Shown in pieces: positions 45,901-57,600 of a DNA stretch of 64,000 nucleotides; position 1 is the stretch's first letter, and every line of letters starts with the position of its first letter. The notes beneath the pieces are model-generated. The model was not told the DNA's origin. It saw only the letters and a list, made by a program, of their open reading frames with translations, and made no database searches. Source of the DNA: Eledone cirrhosa (taxonomy: Eukaryota); the NCBI GenBank assembly GCA_964016885.1, contig OZ024742.1, forward strand, positions 185,256,001 through 185,320,000. Direction: 5' to 3'. The translations under genes were made by a program, and so were the position numbers.

Positions 45901-48900
45901 CAACTTAAGTTGGGGTTCAGTTAAGTTGGCGTTCAGTTAAGTTGCGGTGAAGTTAAGTTGGGGTTAACTTAAGTCGGGGTTAAGTTAAGTTGGGGTTAAG
46001 TTAAGTTGGGGTCAAGTTAAGTTGGGGTTAAGTTAAGTTGGGGTTATGTTAAGTTGGGGTTAAGTTAAGATGGGGTTAAGTTAAGTCGGGGTTAAGTTAA
46101 GTTGGGGTTAAGTTAAGTTGGGGTTAAGTTAAGTTGGGGTCAAGTTAAGTTGGGGTTAAGTTAAGTTGGGGTTAAGTTAAGTCGCGGTTAAGTTAAGTTG
46201 GGGTTAAGTTAAGATGGGGTTAAGTTAAGTTGGGGTTAAGTTAAGTTGGGGTTAAGATAAGTTGGGGTTAAGTTAAGTTGGGGTTGAGTTAAGTTGGGGT
46301 TGAGTTAATTGGGGTTAAGTTAAGTTGGGGTTAACTTAAGTTGGGTTTAAGTTAAGTTGGGGTTAAGTTAAGTTGGGGTTAAATTAAGTTGGGGTTAAGA
46401 TAAGTTGGGGTTAAGTTAAGTCGGGGTTAAGTTAAGTCGGGGTTAAGTTAAGTTGGGGTTAAGTTAACTTGGTGTTAAGTTAAGTTGGGGCTCAGTTAAG
46501 TTGGGGTTGAGTTAAGTTGGGGTCAAGTTAAGTTGGGACCAAGCTAAGTTGGGGTTAAGTTAAGTTGGGGTTAAGTTAAGTTGGCGCTAAGTTAAGTGAA
46601 GGTTAAGTTAAGTTGGGGTTGAGTTAAGTTGCGGTTAATTTAAGTTGGGGTTGAGTTAAGTTGGGGTTGAGTTAAGTTGGGGTTGAGTTAAGTTGGGGTT
46701 ACGTTAAGTTGGGGTTAAGTTAAGTTGGGGTTAAGTTAAGTTTAGGTTAACTTAAGTTGGGGTTAAGTTAAGTTGGGGTTAAGTTAAGTTGGGGCTAAGT
46801 TAAGTTGGGGCTAAGTTAAGTTGGGGCTAAGTTAAGTTGGGGTTAAGTTAAGGTGGGGTTTAGTTAAGTTGGGGTTGAGTTAAGTTGGGGTTGAGTTAAG
46901 TTGGGGTTAAGTTAAGTTGGGGTTAAGTTAAGTTAGGGTTAACTTAAGTTGGGGTTAAGTTAAGTTGGGGTTGAGTTAAGTTGGGGTTTAATTAAGTTGG
47001 GGTTGAGTTAAGTTGGGGTTGAGTTAAGTTGGGCTTGAGTTAAGTTGGGGTTGAGTTAAGTTGGGCTTATCTTAAGTTGGGGTTAATTTAAGATGGGGTT
47101 AAGTTAAGTTGGGGTTAAGTTAATTTGGGGTTAAGTTAAGTTGGGGTTAAGTTAAGTTGGGGTTATGTTAAGTTGGGGTTAAGTTAAGTTGAGGTTAACT
47201 TAAGTTGGGGTTAAGTTAAGTTGGGGTTAAGTTAAGTTGGGGCTAAGTTAAGTTGGGGCTAAGTTAAGTTGGGGTTAAGTTAAGTTGGGGTTAAGTTAAG
47301 TTGGTGTCAACGTAAGTTGGGGTTAAGTTAAGTTGGGGTTAAGTTAATTTGGGGGTAAGTTAAGTTGGGGTTAAGTTAAGTTGGGGTTAAGTTAAGTTGG
47401 GGTTAAGTTAAGTTGGGGCTGAGTTAAGTTGGGGCTGTGTTAAGTTGGGGTTAAGTTAAGTTGGGGTTAAGTTGGGGTTAAATTAAGTTGGGGTTAATTT
47501 AAGTTGGGGTTAAGTTAAGTTGGATTTAGATTAAGTTGGGGTTGAGTTAAGTTGGGGTTAAGTTAAGTTGGGGTTAATTTAAGTTGGGGTTAAGTTAAGT
47601 TGGGGCTGAGTTAAGTTGGGGTTAAGTTAAGTTGGGGTTGAGTTAAGTTGGGGTTAAGTTAAGTTGGGGTTAAGTTAAGTCGGGGTTAAGTTAAGTTGGG
47701 GTTAAGTTAAGTTGGGGTTGAGTTAAGTTGGGTTTAAGATAAGTTGGGGTTAAGTTAAGTTGGGGTTAACTTAAGTTGGGGTTCAGTTAAGTTGGCGTTC
47801 AGTTAAGTTGCGGTGAAGTTAAGTTGGGGTTAACTTAAGTCGGGGTTAAGTTAAGTTGGGGTTAAGTTAAGTTGGGGTCAAGTTAAGTTGGGGTTAAGTT
47901 AAGTTGGGGTTATGTTAAGTTGGGGTTAAGTTAAGTTGGGGTTAAGTTAAGTCGGGGTTAAGTTAAGTTGGGGTTAAGTTAATTGGGGTTAAGTTAAGTT
48001 GGGGTCAAGTTAAGTTGGGGTTAAGTTAAGTTAGGGTTAAGTTAAGCTTGGGTTAAATTAAGTTGGGGTTGAGTTAATTTGGGGTTGAGTTAAGTTGGGG
48101 TTGAGTTAAGTTGGGGTTGAGTTAAGTTGGGGTTAAGTTAAGTTGGGGTTAACTTAAGTTGGGGTTAAGTTAAGTTGGGGTCAATTTAAGTTGAGGTTAA
48201 GTTAACTTGGGATTAAGTTAAGTTGGGGTTAACTTAAATTGAGGTTAAGTTAAGTTGGGGTTAAGTTAAGTTGGGGGTAAGTTAAGTTGGGGGTAAGTTA
48301 AGTTTGGGTTAAGTTGGGGTTAAGTTAAGTTAGGGTTAAGTTACGTTGGGGTTGAGTTAAGTTGGGGTTAATTTAAATTGGGGTTAAGTTAACTTTGTGG
48401 TTAAGTTAAGTTGGGGTTAAGTTAAGTTGAGGTTAAGTTAATTTGAGGTTAAGTTAAGTTGGGGTTAAGTTAAGTTGGGGTTAAATTAAGCTGGGTTGAA
48501 GTTAAGTTGGGGTTAAGTTAAGTTGGGGTTAAGTTAAGTTGGGGTTGAGTTAAGTTGGGGTTAAGTTAAGTTGGGTTTAAGTTAAGTTGGGGTTAAGTTA
48601 AGTTGGGGTTAAGTTAAGGTGGGGTTAAGTTAAGTTGGGGTTAAGTTAAGTCGGGGTTAAGTTAAGTTGGGGTTAAGTTAAGTTGGGGTTAAATTAAGTT
48701 GGGGTTACGTTAAGTTGGGGTTAAGATAAGTTGGGGTTAAGTTAAGTTGGGGTTGAGTTAAGTTGGGGTTCAGTTAAGTTGGCGTTCAGTTAAGTTGGGG
48801 TTAAGTTAAGTTGGGGTTAACTTAAGTCGGGGCTAAGTTAAGTTGGGGTTAAGTTAAGTTGGGGTCAAGTTAAGTTGGGGTTAAGTTAAGTTGGGGTTAA

Positions 48901-51600
48901 GTTAAGTTGGGGTTAAGTTAAGTCGGGGTTAAGTTAAGTTGGGGTTAAGTTAAGTAGGGGTTAAGTTAAGTTGGGGTCAAGTTAAGTTGGGGTTAAGTTA
49001 AGTTGGGGTTAAGTTAAGTTGGGGTTAAGTTAAGTCGCGGTTAGTTAAGTTGGGGTTAAGTTAAGATGGGGTTAAGTTAAGTTGTGGTTAAGTTAAGTTG
49101 GGGTTAAGATAAGTTGGGGTTAAGTTAAGTTGCGGTTGAGTTAAGTTAGGGTTGAGTTAATTGGGGTTAAGTTAAGTTGGGGCTAAGTTAAGTTGGGGCT
49201 AAGTTAAGTTGGGGCTAAGTTAAGTTGGGGTTAAGTTAAGGTGGGGTTTAGTTAAGTTGGGGTTGAGTTAAGTTGGGGTTGAGTTAAGTTGGGGTTAAGT
49301 TAAGTTGGGGTTAAGTTAAGTTAGGGTTAACTTAAGTTGGGGTTAAGTTAAGTTTAGGTTAACTTAAGTTGGGGTTAAGTTAATTTGGGGTTAAGTTAAG
49401 TTGGGGCTAAGTTAAGTTGGGGCTAAGTTAAGTTGGGGCTAAGTTAAGTTGGGGTTAAGTTAAGGTGGGGTTTAGTTAAGTTGGGGTTGAGTTAAGTTGG
49501 GGTTGAGTTAAGTTGGGGTTAAGTTAAGTTGGGGTTAAGTTAAGTTAGGGTTAACTTAAGTTGGGGTTAAGTTAAGTTGGGGTTGAGTTAAGTTGGGGTT
49601 TAATTAAGTTGGGGTTGAGTTAAGTTGGGGTTGAGTTAAGTTGGGCTTGAGTTAAGTTGGGGTTGAGTTAAGTTGGGCTTATCTTAAGTTGGGGTTAATT
49701 TAAGATGGGGTTAAGTTAAGTTGGGGTTAAGTTAATTTGGGGTTAAGTTAAGTTGGGGTTAAGTTAATTTGGGGTTAAGTTAAGTTGGGGCTAAGTTAAG
49801 TTGGGGTTAAGTTAATTTGGGGTTAAGTTAAGTTGGGGTTAAGTTAAGTTGGGGTTATGTTAAGTTGGGGTTAAGTTAAGTTGAGGTTAACTTAAGTTGG
49901 GGTTAAGTTAAGTTGGGGTTAAGTTAAGTTGGGGCTAAGTTAAGTTGGGGCTAAGTTAAGTTGGGGTTAAGTTAAGTTGGGCTTAAGTTAAGTTGGGGTC
50001 AACTTAAGTTGGGGCTAAGTTAAGTTGGGGTTAAGTTAAGTTGGGGCTAAGTTAAGTTGGAGTTAAGTTAAGTTGGGGTTAAATTAAGTTGGGGTCAACG
50101 TAAGTTGGGGTTAAGTTAAGTTGGGGTTAAGTTAATTTGGGGGTAAGTTAAGTTGGGGTTAAGTTAAGTTGGGGTTAAGTTAAGTTGGGGTTAAGTTAAG
50201 TTGGGGCTGAGTTAAATTGGGGCTGTGTTAAGTTGGGGTTAAGTTAAGTTGGGGTTAAGTTAAGTTGGCGTTAAGTTAAGTTGGGGTTAAGTTGGGGTTA
50301 AATTAAGTTGGGGTTAATTTAAGTTGGGGTTAAGTTAAGTTGGGTTTAGGTTAAGTTGGGGTTGAGTTAAGTTGGGGTTAAGTTAAGTTGGGGTTAATTT
50401 AAGTTGGGGTTAAGTTAAGTTGGGGCTGAGTTAAGTTGGGGTTAAGTTAAGTTGGGGTTGAGTTAAGTTGGGGTTAAGTTAAGTTGGGGTTAAGTTAAGT
50501 CGGGGTTAAGTTAAGTTGGGATTAAGTTAAGTTGGGGTTCAGTTAAGTTGCGGTGAAGTTAAGTTGGGGTTAACTTAAGTCGGGGTTAAGTTAAGTTTGG
50601 GTTAAGTTAAGTTGGGGTCAAGTTAAATTGGGGTTAAGTTAAGTTGGGGTTATGTTAAGTTGGGGTTAAGTTAAGTTGGGGTTAAGTTAAGTCGGGGTTA
50701 AGTTAAGTTGGGGTTAAGTTAAGTTGGGGTTAAGTTAAGTTGGGGTCAAGTTAAGTTGGGGTTAAGTTAAGTTGGGGTTAAGTTAAGTCGCGGTTAAGTT
50801 AAGTTGGAGTTAAGTTAAGATGGGGTTAAGTTAAGTTGGGGTTAAGTTAAGTTGGGGTTAAGATAAGTTGGGGTTAAGTTAAGTTGGGGTTGAGTTAAGT
50901 TGGGGTTGAGTTAATTGGGGTTAAGTTAAGTTGGGGTTAACTTAAGTTGGGTTTAAGTTAAGTTGGGGTTAAGTTAAGTTGGGGTTAAATTAAGTTGGGG
51001 TTAAGATAAGTTGGGGTTAAGTTAAGTCGGGGTTAAGTTAAGTCGGGGTTAAGTTAAGTTGGGGTTAAGTTAACTTGGTGTTAAGTTAAGTTGGGGCTCA
51101 GTTAAGTTGGGGTTGAGTTAAGTTGGGGTCAAGTTAAGTTGGGACTAAGCTAAGTTGGGGTTAAGTTAAGTTGGGGTTAAGTTAAGTTGGCGCTAAGTTT
51201 AGTGAAGGTTAAGTTAAGTTGGAGTTGAGTTAAGTTGGGGTTAAGTTAAGTTGGGGTTAAGTTAAGTTAGGGTTAAGTTAAGCTTGGGTTAAGTTAAGTT
51301 GGGGTTGAGTTAATTTGGGGTTGAGTTAAGTTGGGGTTGAGTTAAGTTGGGGTTGAGTTAAGTTGGGGTTAAGTTAAGTTGGGGTTAACTTAAGTTGGGG
51401 TTAAGTTAAGTTGGGGTCAATTTAAGTTGAGGTTAAGTTAACTTGGGATTAAGTTAAGTTGGGGTTAACTTAAATTGAGGTTAAGTTAAGTTGGGGTTAA
51501 GTTAAGTTGGGGGTAAGTTAAGTTGGGGGTAAGTTAAGTTTGGGTTAAGTTGGGGTTAAGTTAAGTTAGGGTTAAGTTACGTTGGGGTTGAGTTAAGTTG
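23400..51600 (+). repeat. Five-copy expansion of a composite 4.5-6.6 kb block with private variants
   Basis: TTGGGACCAAGC is at 24043, 28548, 33645, 39889 and 46533. TTGGTGTCAACG is at 24795, 29316, 34381, 40657 and 47301. TCGCGGTTAGTTAAG is at 26524, 31029, 36158, 42344 and 49035. I did not notice these variants outside this interval. Confidence 0.85.
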
Positions 51601-54600
51601 GGGTTAATTTAAATTGGGGTTAAGTTAACTTTGTGGTTCAGTTAAGTTGGGGTTAAGTTAAGTTGGGGCTTATTTAAGTTGGGGTTAAGTTAAGTTGTGG
51701 TTAAGTTAAGTTGGGGTTAAGTTAAGTTGGGGTTAAGTTAAGTTGGGGTTAAGTTAAGTTGGGGTTAAATTAAGCTGGGTTGAAGTTAAGTTGGGGTTAA
51801 GTTAAGTTGGGGTTAAGTTAAGTTGGGGTTAAGTTAAGTTGGGGTTAAGTTAAGTCGGGGTTAAGTTAATTTGGGGTTCAGTTAAGTTGGGGTTAAGTTA
51901 AGTTGGGGCTTATTTAAGTTGGGGTTAAGTTAAGTTGTGGTTAAGTTAAGTTGGGGTTAAGTTAAGTCGGGGTTAAGTTAAGTCGGGGTTAAGTTAAGTT
52001 GTGGTTAAGTTAAGTTGGGGTTAAGTTAAGTTGGGGTTAAGTTAAGTTAGGGATAAGCTAAGTTGGCGTTAAGTTAAGTTGGGGTTAAGTTAAGTTGGGG
52101 TTAAGTTAAGTTGTGGTTAAGTTAAGTTGGGGCTGAGTTAAGTTGGGGTCAAGTTAAGTTGGGGTTGAGTTAAGTTGGGGTTAAGTTAACTTGGGGTTAA
52201 TTTAAATTGGGGTTAAGTCAAATTGGGTTTGAGTTAAGTTAGGGTTAAGTTAAGTTGGGGTTAAGTTAAGTTGGGGTTAAGTTAAGTTGGGGTTAAGTTA
52301 AGTTGGGGTTAAATTAAGCTGGGTTTAAGTTAAGTTGGGGTTAAGTTAAGTTGGGGTTAAGTTAAGTTGGGGTTAAGTTAAGTTGAGGTTAAGTTAAGTT
52401 GGGGTTAAGTTAAGTTGGGGATAAGTTAAGTTGAGTTTAAGTTAAGTTGGAGTTAATTTAAGTTGAGGTTAAGTTAAGTTGTGGTAAAGTTAAGTTGGGG
52501 TTAAGTTAAGTTGGGGTTCAGTTAAGTTGGGGTTAAGTTAAGTAGGGGTTCAGTTGGGGTTAAATTAAGTTGGGGTTAAGTTAAGTTGGGGTTAAGTTAA
52601 GTTGGGGTTAAGTTAAGTTGGGGTTAAGTTAAGTTGGGGTTAAGTTAAGTTGGGGTTGAGTTAAGTTGGGGTTAAGTTAAGTCGGGGTTAAGTTAAGTTG
52701 TGGTTAAGTTAAGTTGGGGTTAAGTTAAGTTGGGGTTAAGTTAAGTTGGGGTTGAGTTAAGTTGGGGTTAAGTTAAGTTGGGTTTAAGTTAAGTTGGGGT
52801 TAAGTTAAGTTGGGGTTAAGTTAAGGTGGGGTTAAGTTAAGTTGGGGTTAAGTTAAGTCGGGGTTAAGTTAAGTTGGGGTTAAGTTAAGTTGGGGTTAAG
52901 TTAAGTTGGGGTTAAGTTAAGTTCGGGTTAAGATAAGTTGGGGTTAAGTTAAGTTGGGGTTGAGTTAAGTTGGGGTTGAGTTAATTTGGGGTTAAGTTAA
53001 GTTGGGGTTAACTTAAATTGGGGTTAAGTTAAGTTGGCGTTCAGTTAAGTTGCGGTTAAGTTAAGTTGGGGTTAACTTAAGTCGGGTTTAAGTTAAGTTG
53101 GGGTTAAGTTAAGTTGGGGTCAAGTTAAGTTGGGGTTAAGTTAAGTTGGAGTTAAGTTAAGTTGGGGTTAAGTTAAGTCGGGGTTAAGTTAAGTTGGGGT
53201 TAAGTTAAGTTGGGGTTAAGTTAAGTTGGGGTCAAGTTAAGTTGGGGTTAAGTTAAGTTGGGGTTAATTTAAGTTGGGGTTAAGTTAAGTCGCGGTTAAG
53301 TTAAGTAGGGGTTAATTTAAGATGGGGTTAAGTTAAGTTGTGGTTAAGTTAAGTTGGGGTTAAGATAAGTTGGGGTTAAGTTAAGTTGCGGTTGAGTTAA
53401 GTTGGGGTTGAGTTAATTGGGGTTAAGTTAAGTTGGGGTTAACTTAAGTTGGGTTTAAGTTAAGTTGGGGTTAAGTTAAGTTGGGGTTAAATTAAGTTGC
53501 GGTTATGATAAGTTGGGGTTAAGTTAAGTCGGGGTTAAGTTATGTCGGGGTTAAGTTAAGTTGGGGTTAAGTTAACTTGGTGTTAAGTTAAGTTGGGGTT
53601 CAGTTAAGTTGGGGTTGAGTTAAGTTGGGGGTCAAGTTAAGTTGGGGTTAAGCTAAGTTGGGGTTAAGTTAAGTTGGGGTTAATTTAAGTTTTGGTTAAG
53701 TTAAGTTGGGGCTGAGTTAAGTTGGGGTCAAGTTAAGTTGGGGTTGAGTTAAGAAGGGGTTAAGTTAACTTGGGGTTAAGTTAACTTGGGGTTAAGTTAA
53801 GTTGGGGTTAAGTTAAGTTGGGGTTAAGTTAAGTTGGGGTTAAGTTAAGTTGGGGTTAAGATAAGTTGGGGTTAAGTTAAGTTGGGGTTGAGTTAAGTTG
53901 GGGTTGAGTTAATTTGGGGTTAAGTTAAGTTGGGGTTAACTTAAGTTGGGGTTCAGTTAAGTTGGCGTTCAGTTAAGTTGCGGTGAAGTTAAGTTGGGGT
54001 TAACTTAAGTCGGGGTTAAGTTAAGTTGGGGTTAAGTTAAGTTGGGGTCAAGTTAAGTTGGGGTTAAGTTAAGTTGGGGTTATGTTAAGTTGGGGTTAAG
54101 TTAAGTTGGGGTTAAGTTAAGTCGGGGTTAAGTTAAGTTGGGGTTAAGTTAAGTTGGGGTTAAGTTAAGTTGGGGTCAAGTTAAGTTGGGGTTAAGTTAA
54201 GTTGGGGTTAAGTTAAGTCGCGGTTAAGTTAAGTTGGGGTTAAGTTAAGATGGGGTTAAGTTAAGTTGGGGTTGAGTTAATTGGGGTTAAGTTAAGTTGG
54301 GGTTAACTTAAGTTGGGTTTAAGTTAAGTTGGCGTTAAGTTAAGTTGGGGTTAAATTAAGTTGGGGTTAAGATAAGTTGGGGTTAAGTTAAGTCGGTGTT
54401 AAGTTAAGTCGGGGTTAAGTTAAGTTCGGGTTAAGTTAACTTGCTGTTAAGTTAAGTTGGGGCTCAGTTAAGTTGGGGTTGAGTTAAGTTGGGGTCAAGT
54501 TAAGTTGGGACTAAGCTAAGTTGGGGTTAAGTTAAGTTGGGGTTAAGTTAAGTTGGCGCTAAGTTAAGTGAAGGTTAAGTTAAGTTGGGGTTGAGTTAAG

Positions 54601-57600
54601 TTGGGGTTAAGTTAAGTTGGGGTTGAGTTAAGTTGGGGTTGAGTTAAGTTGGGGTTGAGTTAAGTTGGGGTTACGTTAAGTTGGGGTTAAGTTAAGTTGG
54701 GGTTAAGTTAAGTTTAGGTTAACTTAAGTTGGGGTTAAGTTAAGTTGGGGTTAAGTTAAGTTGGGACTAAGTTAAGTTGGGGCTAAGTTAAGTTGGAGCT
54801 AAGTTAAGTTGGGGTTAAATTAAGGTGGGGTTTAGTTAAGTTGGGGTTGAATTAAGTTGGGGTTGAGTTAAGTTGGGGTTAAGTTAAGTTGGGGTTAAGT
54901 TAAGTTAGGGTTAACTTAAGTTGGGGTTAAGTTAAGTTGGGGTTGAGTTAAGTTGGGGTTTAATTAAGTTGGGGTTGAGTTAAGTTGGGGTTAATTTAAG
55001 TTGGGGTTAAGTTAAGTTGGGGCTGAGTTAAGTTGGGGTTAAGTTAAGTTGGGGTTGAGTTAAGTTGGGGTTAAGTTAAGTTGGGGTTAAGTTAAGTCGG
55101 GGTTAAGTTAAGTTGGGATTAAGTTAAGTTGGGGTTCAGTTAAGTTGCGGTGAAGTTAAGTTGGGGTTAACTTAAGTCGGGGTTAAGTTAAGTTTGGGTT
55201 AAGTTAAGTTGGGGTCAAGTTAAATTGGGGTTAAGTTAAGTTGGGGTTATGTTAAGTTGGGGTTAAGTTAAGTTGGGGTTAAGTTAAGTCGGGGTTAAGT
55301 TAAGTTGGGGTTAAGTTAAGTTGGGGTTAAGTTAAGTTGGGGTCAAGTTAAGTTGGGGTTAAGTTAAGTTGGGGTTAAGTTAAGTCGCGGTTAAGTTAAG
55401 TTGGAGTTAAGTTAAGATGGGGTTAAGTTAAGTTGGGGTTAAGTTGGGGTTAAGATAAGTTGGGGTTAAGTTAAGTTGGGGTTGAGTTAAGTTGGGGTTG
55501 AGTTAATTGGGGTTAAGTTAAGTTGGGGTTAACTTAAGTTGGGTTTAAGTTAAGTTGGGGTTAAGTTAAGTTGGGGTTAAATTAAGTTGGGGTTAAGATA
55601 AGTTGGGGTTAAGTTAAGTCGGGGTTAAGTTAAGTCGGGGTTAAGTTAAGTTGGGGTTAAGTTAACTTGGTGTTAAGTTAAGTTGGGGCTCAGTTAAGTT
55701 GGGGTTGAGTTAAGTTGGGGTCAAGTTAAGTTGGGACTAAGCTAAGTTGGGGTTAAGTTAAGTTGGGGTTAAGTTAAGTTGGCGCTAAGTTTAGTGAAGG
55801 TTAAGTTAAGTTGGAGTTGAGTTAAGTTGGGGTTAAGTTAAGTTGGGGTTAAGTTAAGTTAGGGTTAAGTTAAGCTTGGGTTAAGTTAAGTTGGGGTTGA
55901 GTTAATTTGGGGTTGAGTTAAGTTGGGGTTGAGTTAAGTTGGGGTTGAGTTAAGTTGGGGTTAAGTTAAGTTGGGGTTAACTTAAGTTGGGGTTAAGTTA
56001 AGTTGGGGTCAATTTAAGTTGAGGTTAAGTTAACTTGGGATTAAGTTAAGTTGGGGTTAACTTAAATTGAGGTTAAGTTAAGTTGGGGTTAAGTTAAGTT
56101 GGGGGTAAGTTAAGTTGGGGGTAAGTTAAGTTTGGGTTAAGTTGGGGTTAAGTTAAGTTAGGGTTAAGTTACGTTGGGGTTGAGTTAAGTTGGGGTTAAT
56201 TTAAATTGGGGTTAAGTTAACTTTGTGGTTCAGTTAAGTTGGGGTTAAGTTAAGTTGGGGCTTATTTAAGTTGGGGTTAAGTTAAGTTGTGGTTAAGTTA
56301 AGTTGGGGTTAAGTTAAGTTGGGGTTAAGTTAAGTTGGGGTTAAGTTAAGTTGGGGTTAAATTAAGCTGGGTTGAAGTTAAGTTGGGGTTAAGTTAAGTT
56401 GGGGTTAAGTTAAGTTGGGGTTAAGTTAAGTTGGGGTTAAGTTAAGTCGGGGTTAAGTTAATTTGGGGTTCAGTTAAGTTGGGGTTAAGTTAAGTTGGGG
56501 CTTATTTAAGTTGGGGTTAAGTTAAGTTGTGGTTAAGTTAAGTTGGGGTTAAGTTAAGTCGGGGTTAAGTTAAGTCGGGGTTAAGTTAAGTTGTGGTTAA
56601 GTTAAGTTGGGGTTAAGTTAAGTTGGGGTTAAGTTAAGTTAGGGATAAGCTAAGTTGGCGTTAAGTTAAGTTGGGGTTAAGTTAAGTTGGGGTTAAGTTA
56701 AGTTGTGGTTAAGTTAAGTTGGGGCTGAGTTAAGTTGGGGTCAAGTTAAGTTGGGGTTGAGTTAAGTTGGGGTTAAGTTAACTTGGGGTTAATTTAAATT
56801 GGGGTTAAGTCAAATTGGGTTTGAGTTAAGTTAGGGTTAAGTTAAGTTGGGGTTAAGTTAAGTTGGGGTTAAGTTAAGTTGGGGTTAAGTTAAGTTGGGG
56901 TTAAATTAAGCTGGGTTTAAGTTAAGTTGGGGTTAAGTTAAGTTGGGGTTAAGTTAAGTTGGGGTTAAGTTAAGTTGAGGTTAAGTTAAGTTGGGGTTAA
57001 GTTAAGTTGGGGATAAGTTAAGTTGAGTTTAAGTTAAGTTGGAGTTAATTTAAGTTGAGGTTAAGTTAAGTTGTGGTAAAGTTAAGTTGGGGTTAAGTTA
57101 AGTTGGGGTTAAGTTAAGTTGGGGTTCAGTTAAGTTGGGGTTAAGTTAAGTAGGGGTTCAGTTGGGGTTAAATTAAGTTGGGGTTAAGTTAAGTTGGGGT
57201 TAAGTTAAGTTGGGGTTAAGTTAAGTTGGGGTTAAGTTAAGTTGGGGTTAAGTTAAGTTGGGGTTGAGTTAAGTTGGGGTTAAGTTAAGTCGGGGTTAAG
57301 TTAAGTTGTGGTTAAGTTAAGTTGGGGTTAAGTTAAGTTGGGGTTAAGTTAAGTTGGGGTTGAGTTAAGTTGGGGTTAAGTTAAGTTGGGTTTAAGTTAA
57401 GTTGGGGTTAAGTTAAGTTGGGGTTAAGTTAAGGTGGGGTTAAGTTAAGTTGGGGTTAAGTTAAGTCGGGGTTAAGTTAAGTTGGGGTTAAGTTAAGTTG
57501 GGGTTAAGTTAAGTTGGGGTTAAGTTAAGTTCGGGTTAAGATAAGTTGGGGTTAAGTTAAGTTGGGGTTGAGTTAAGTTGGGGTTGAGTTAATTTGGGGT

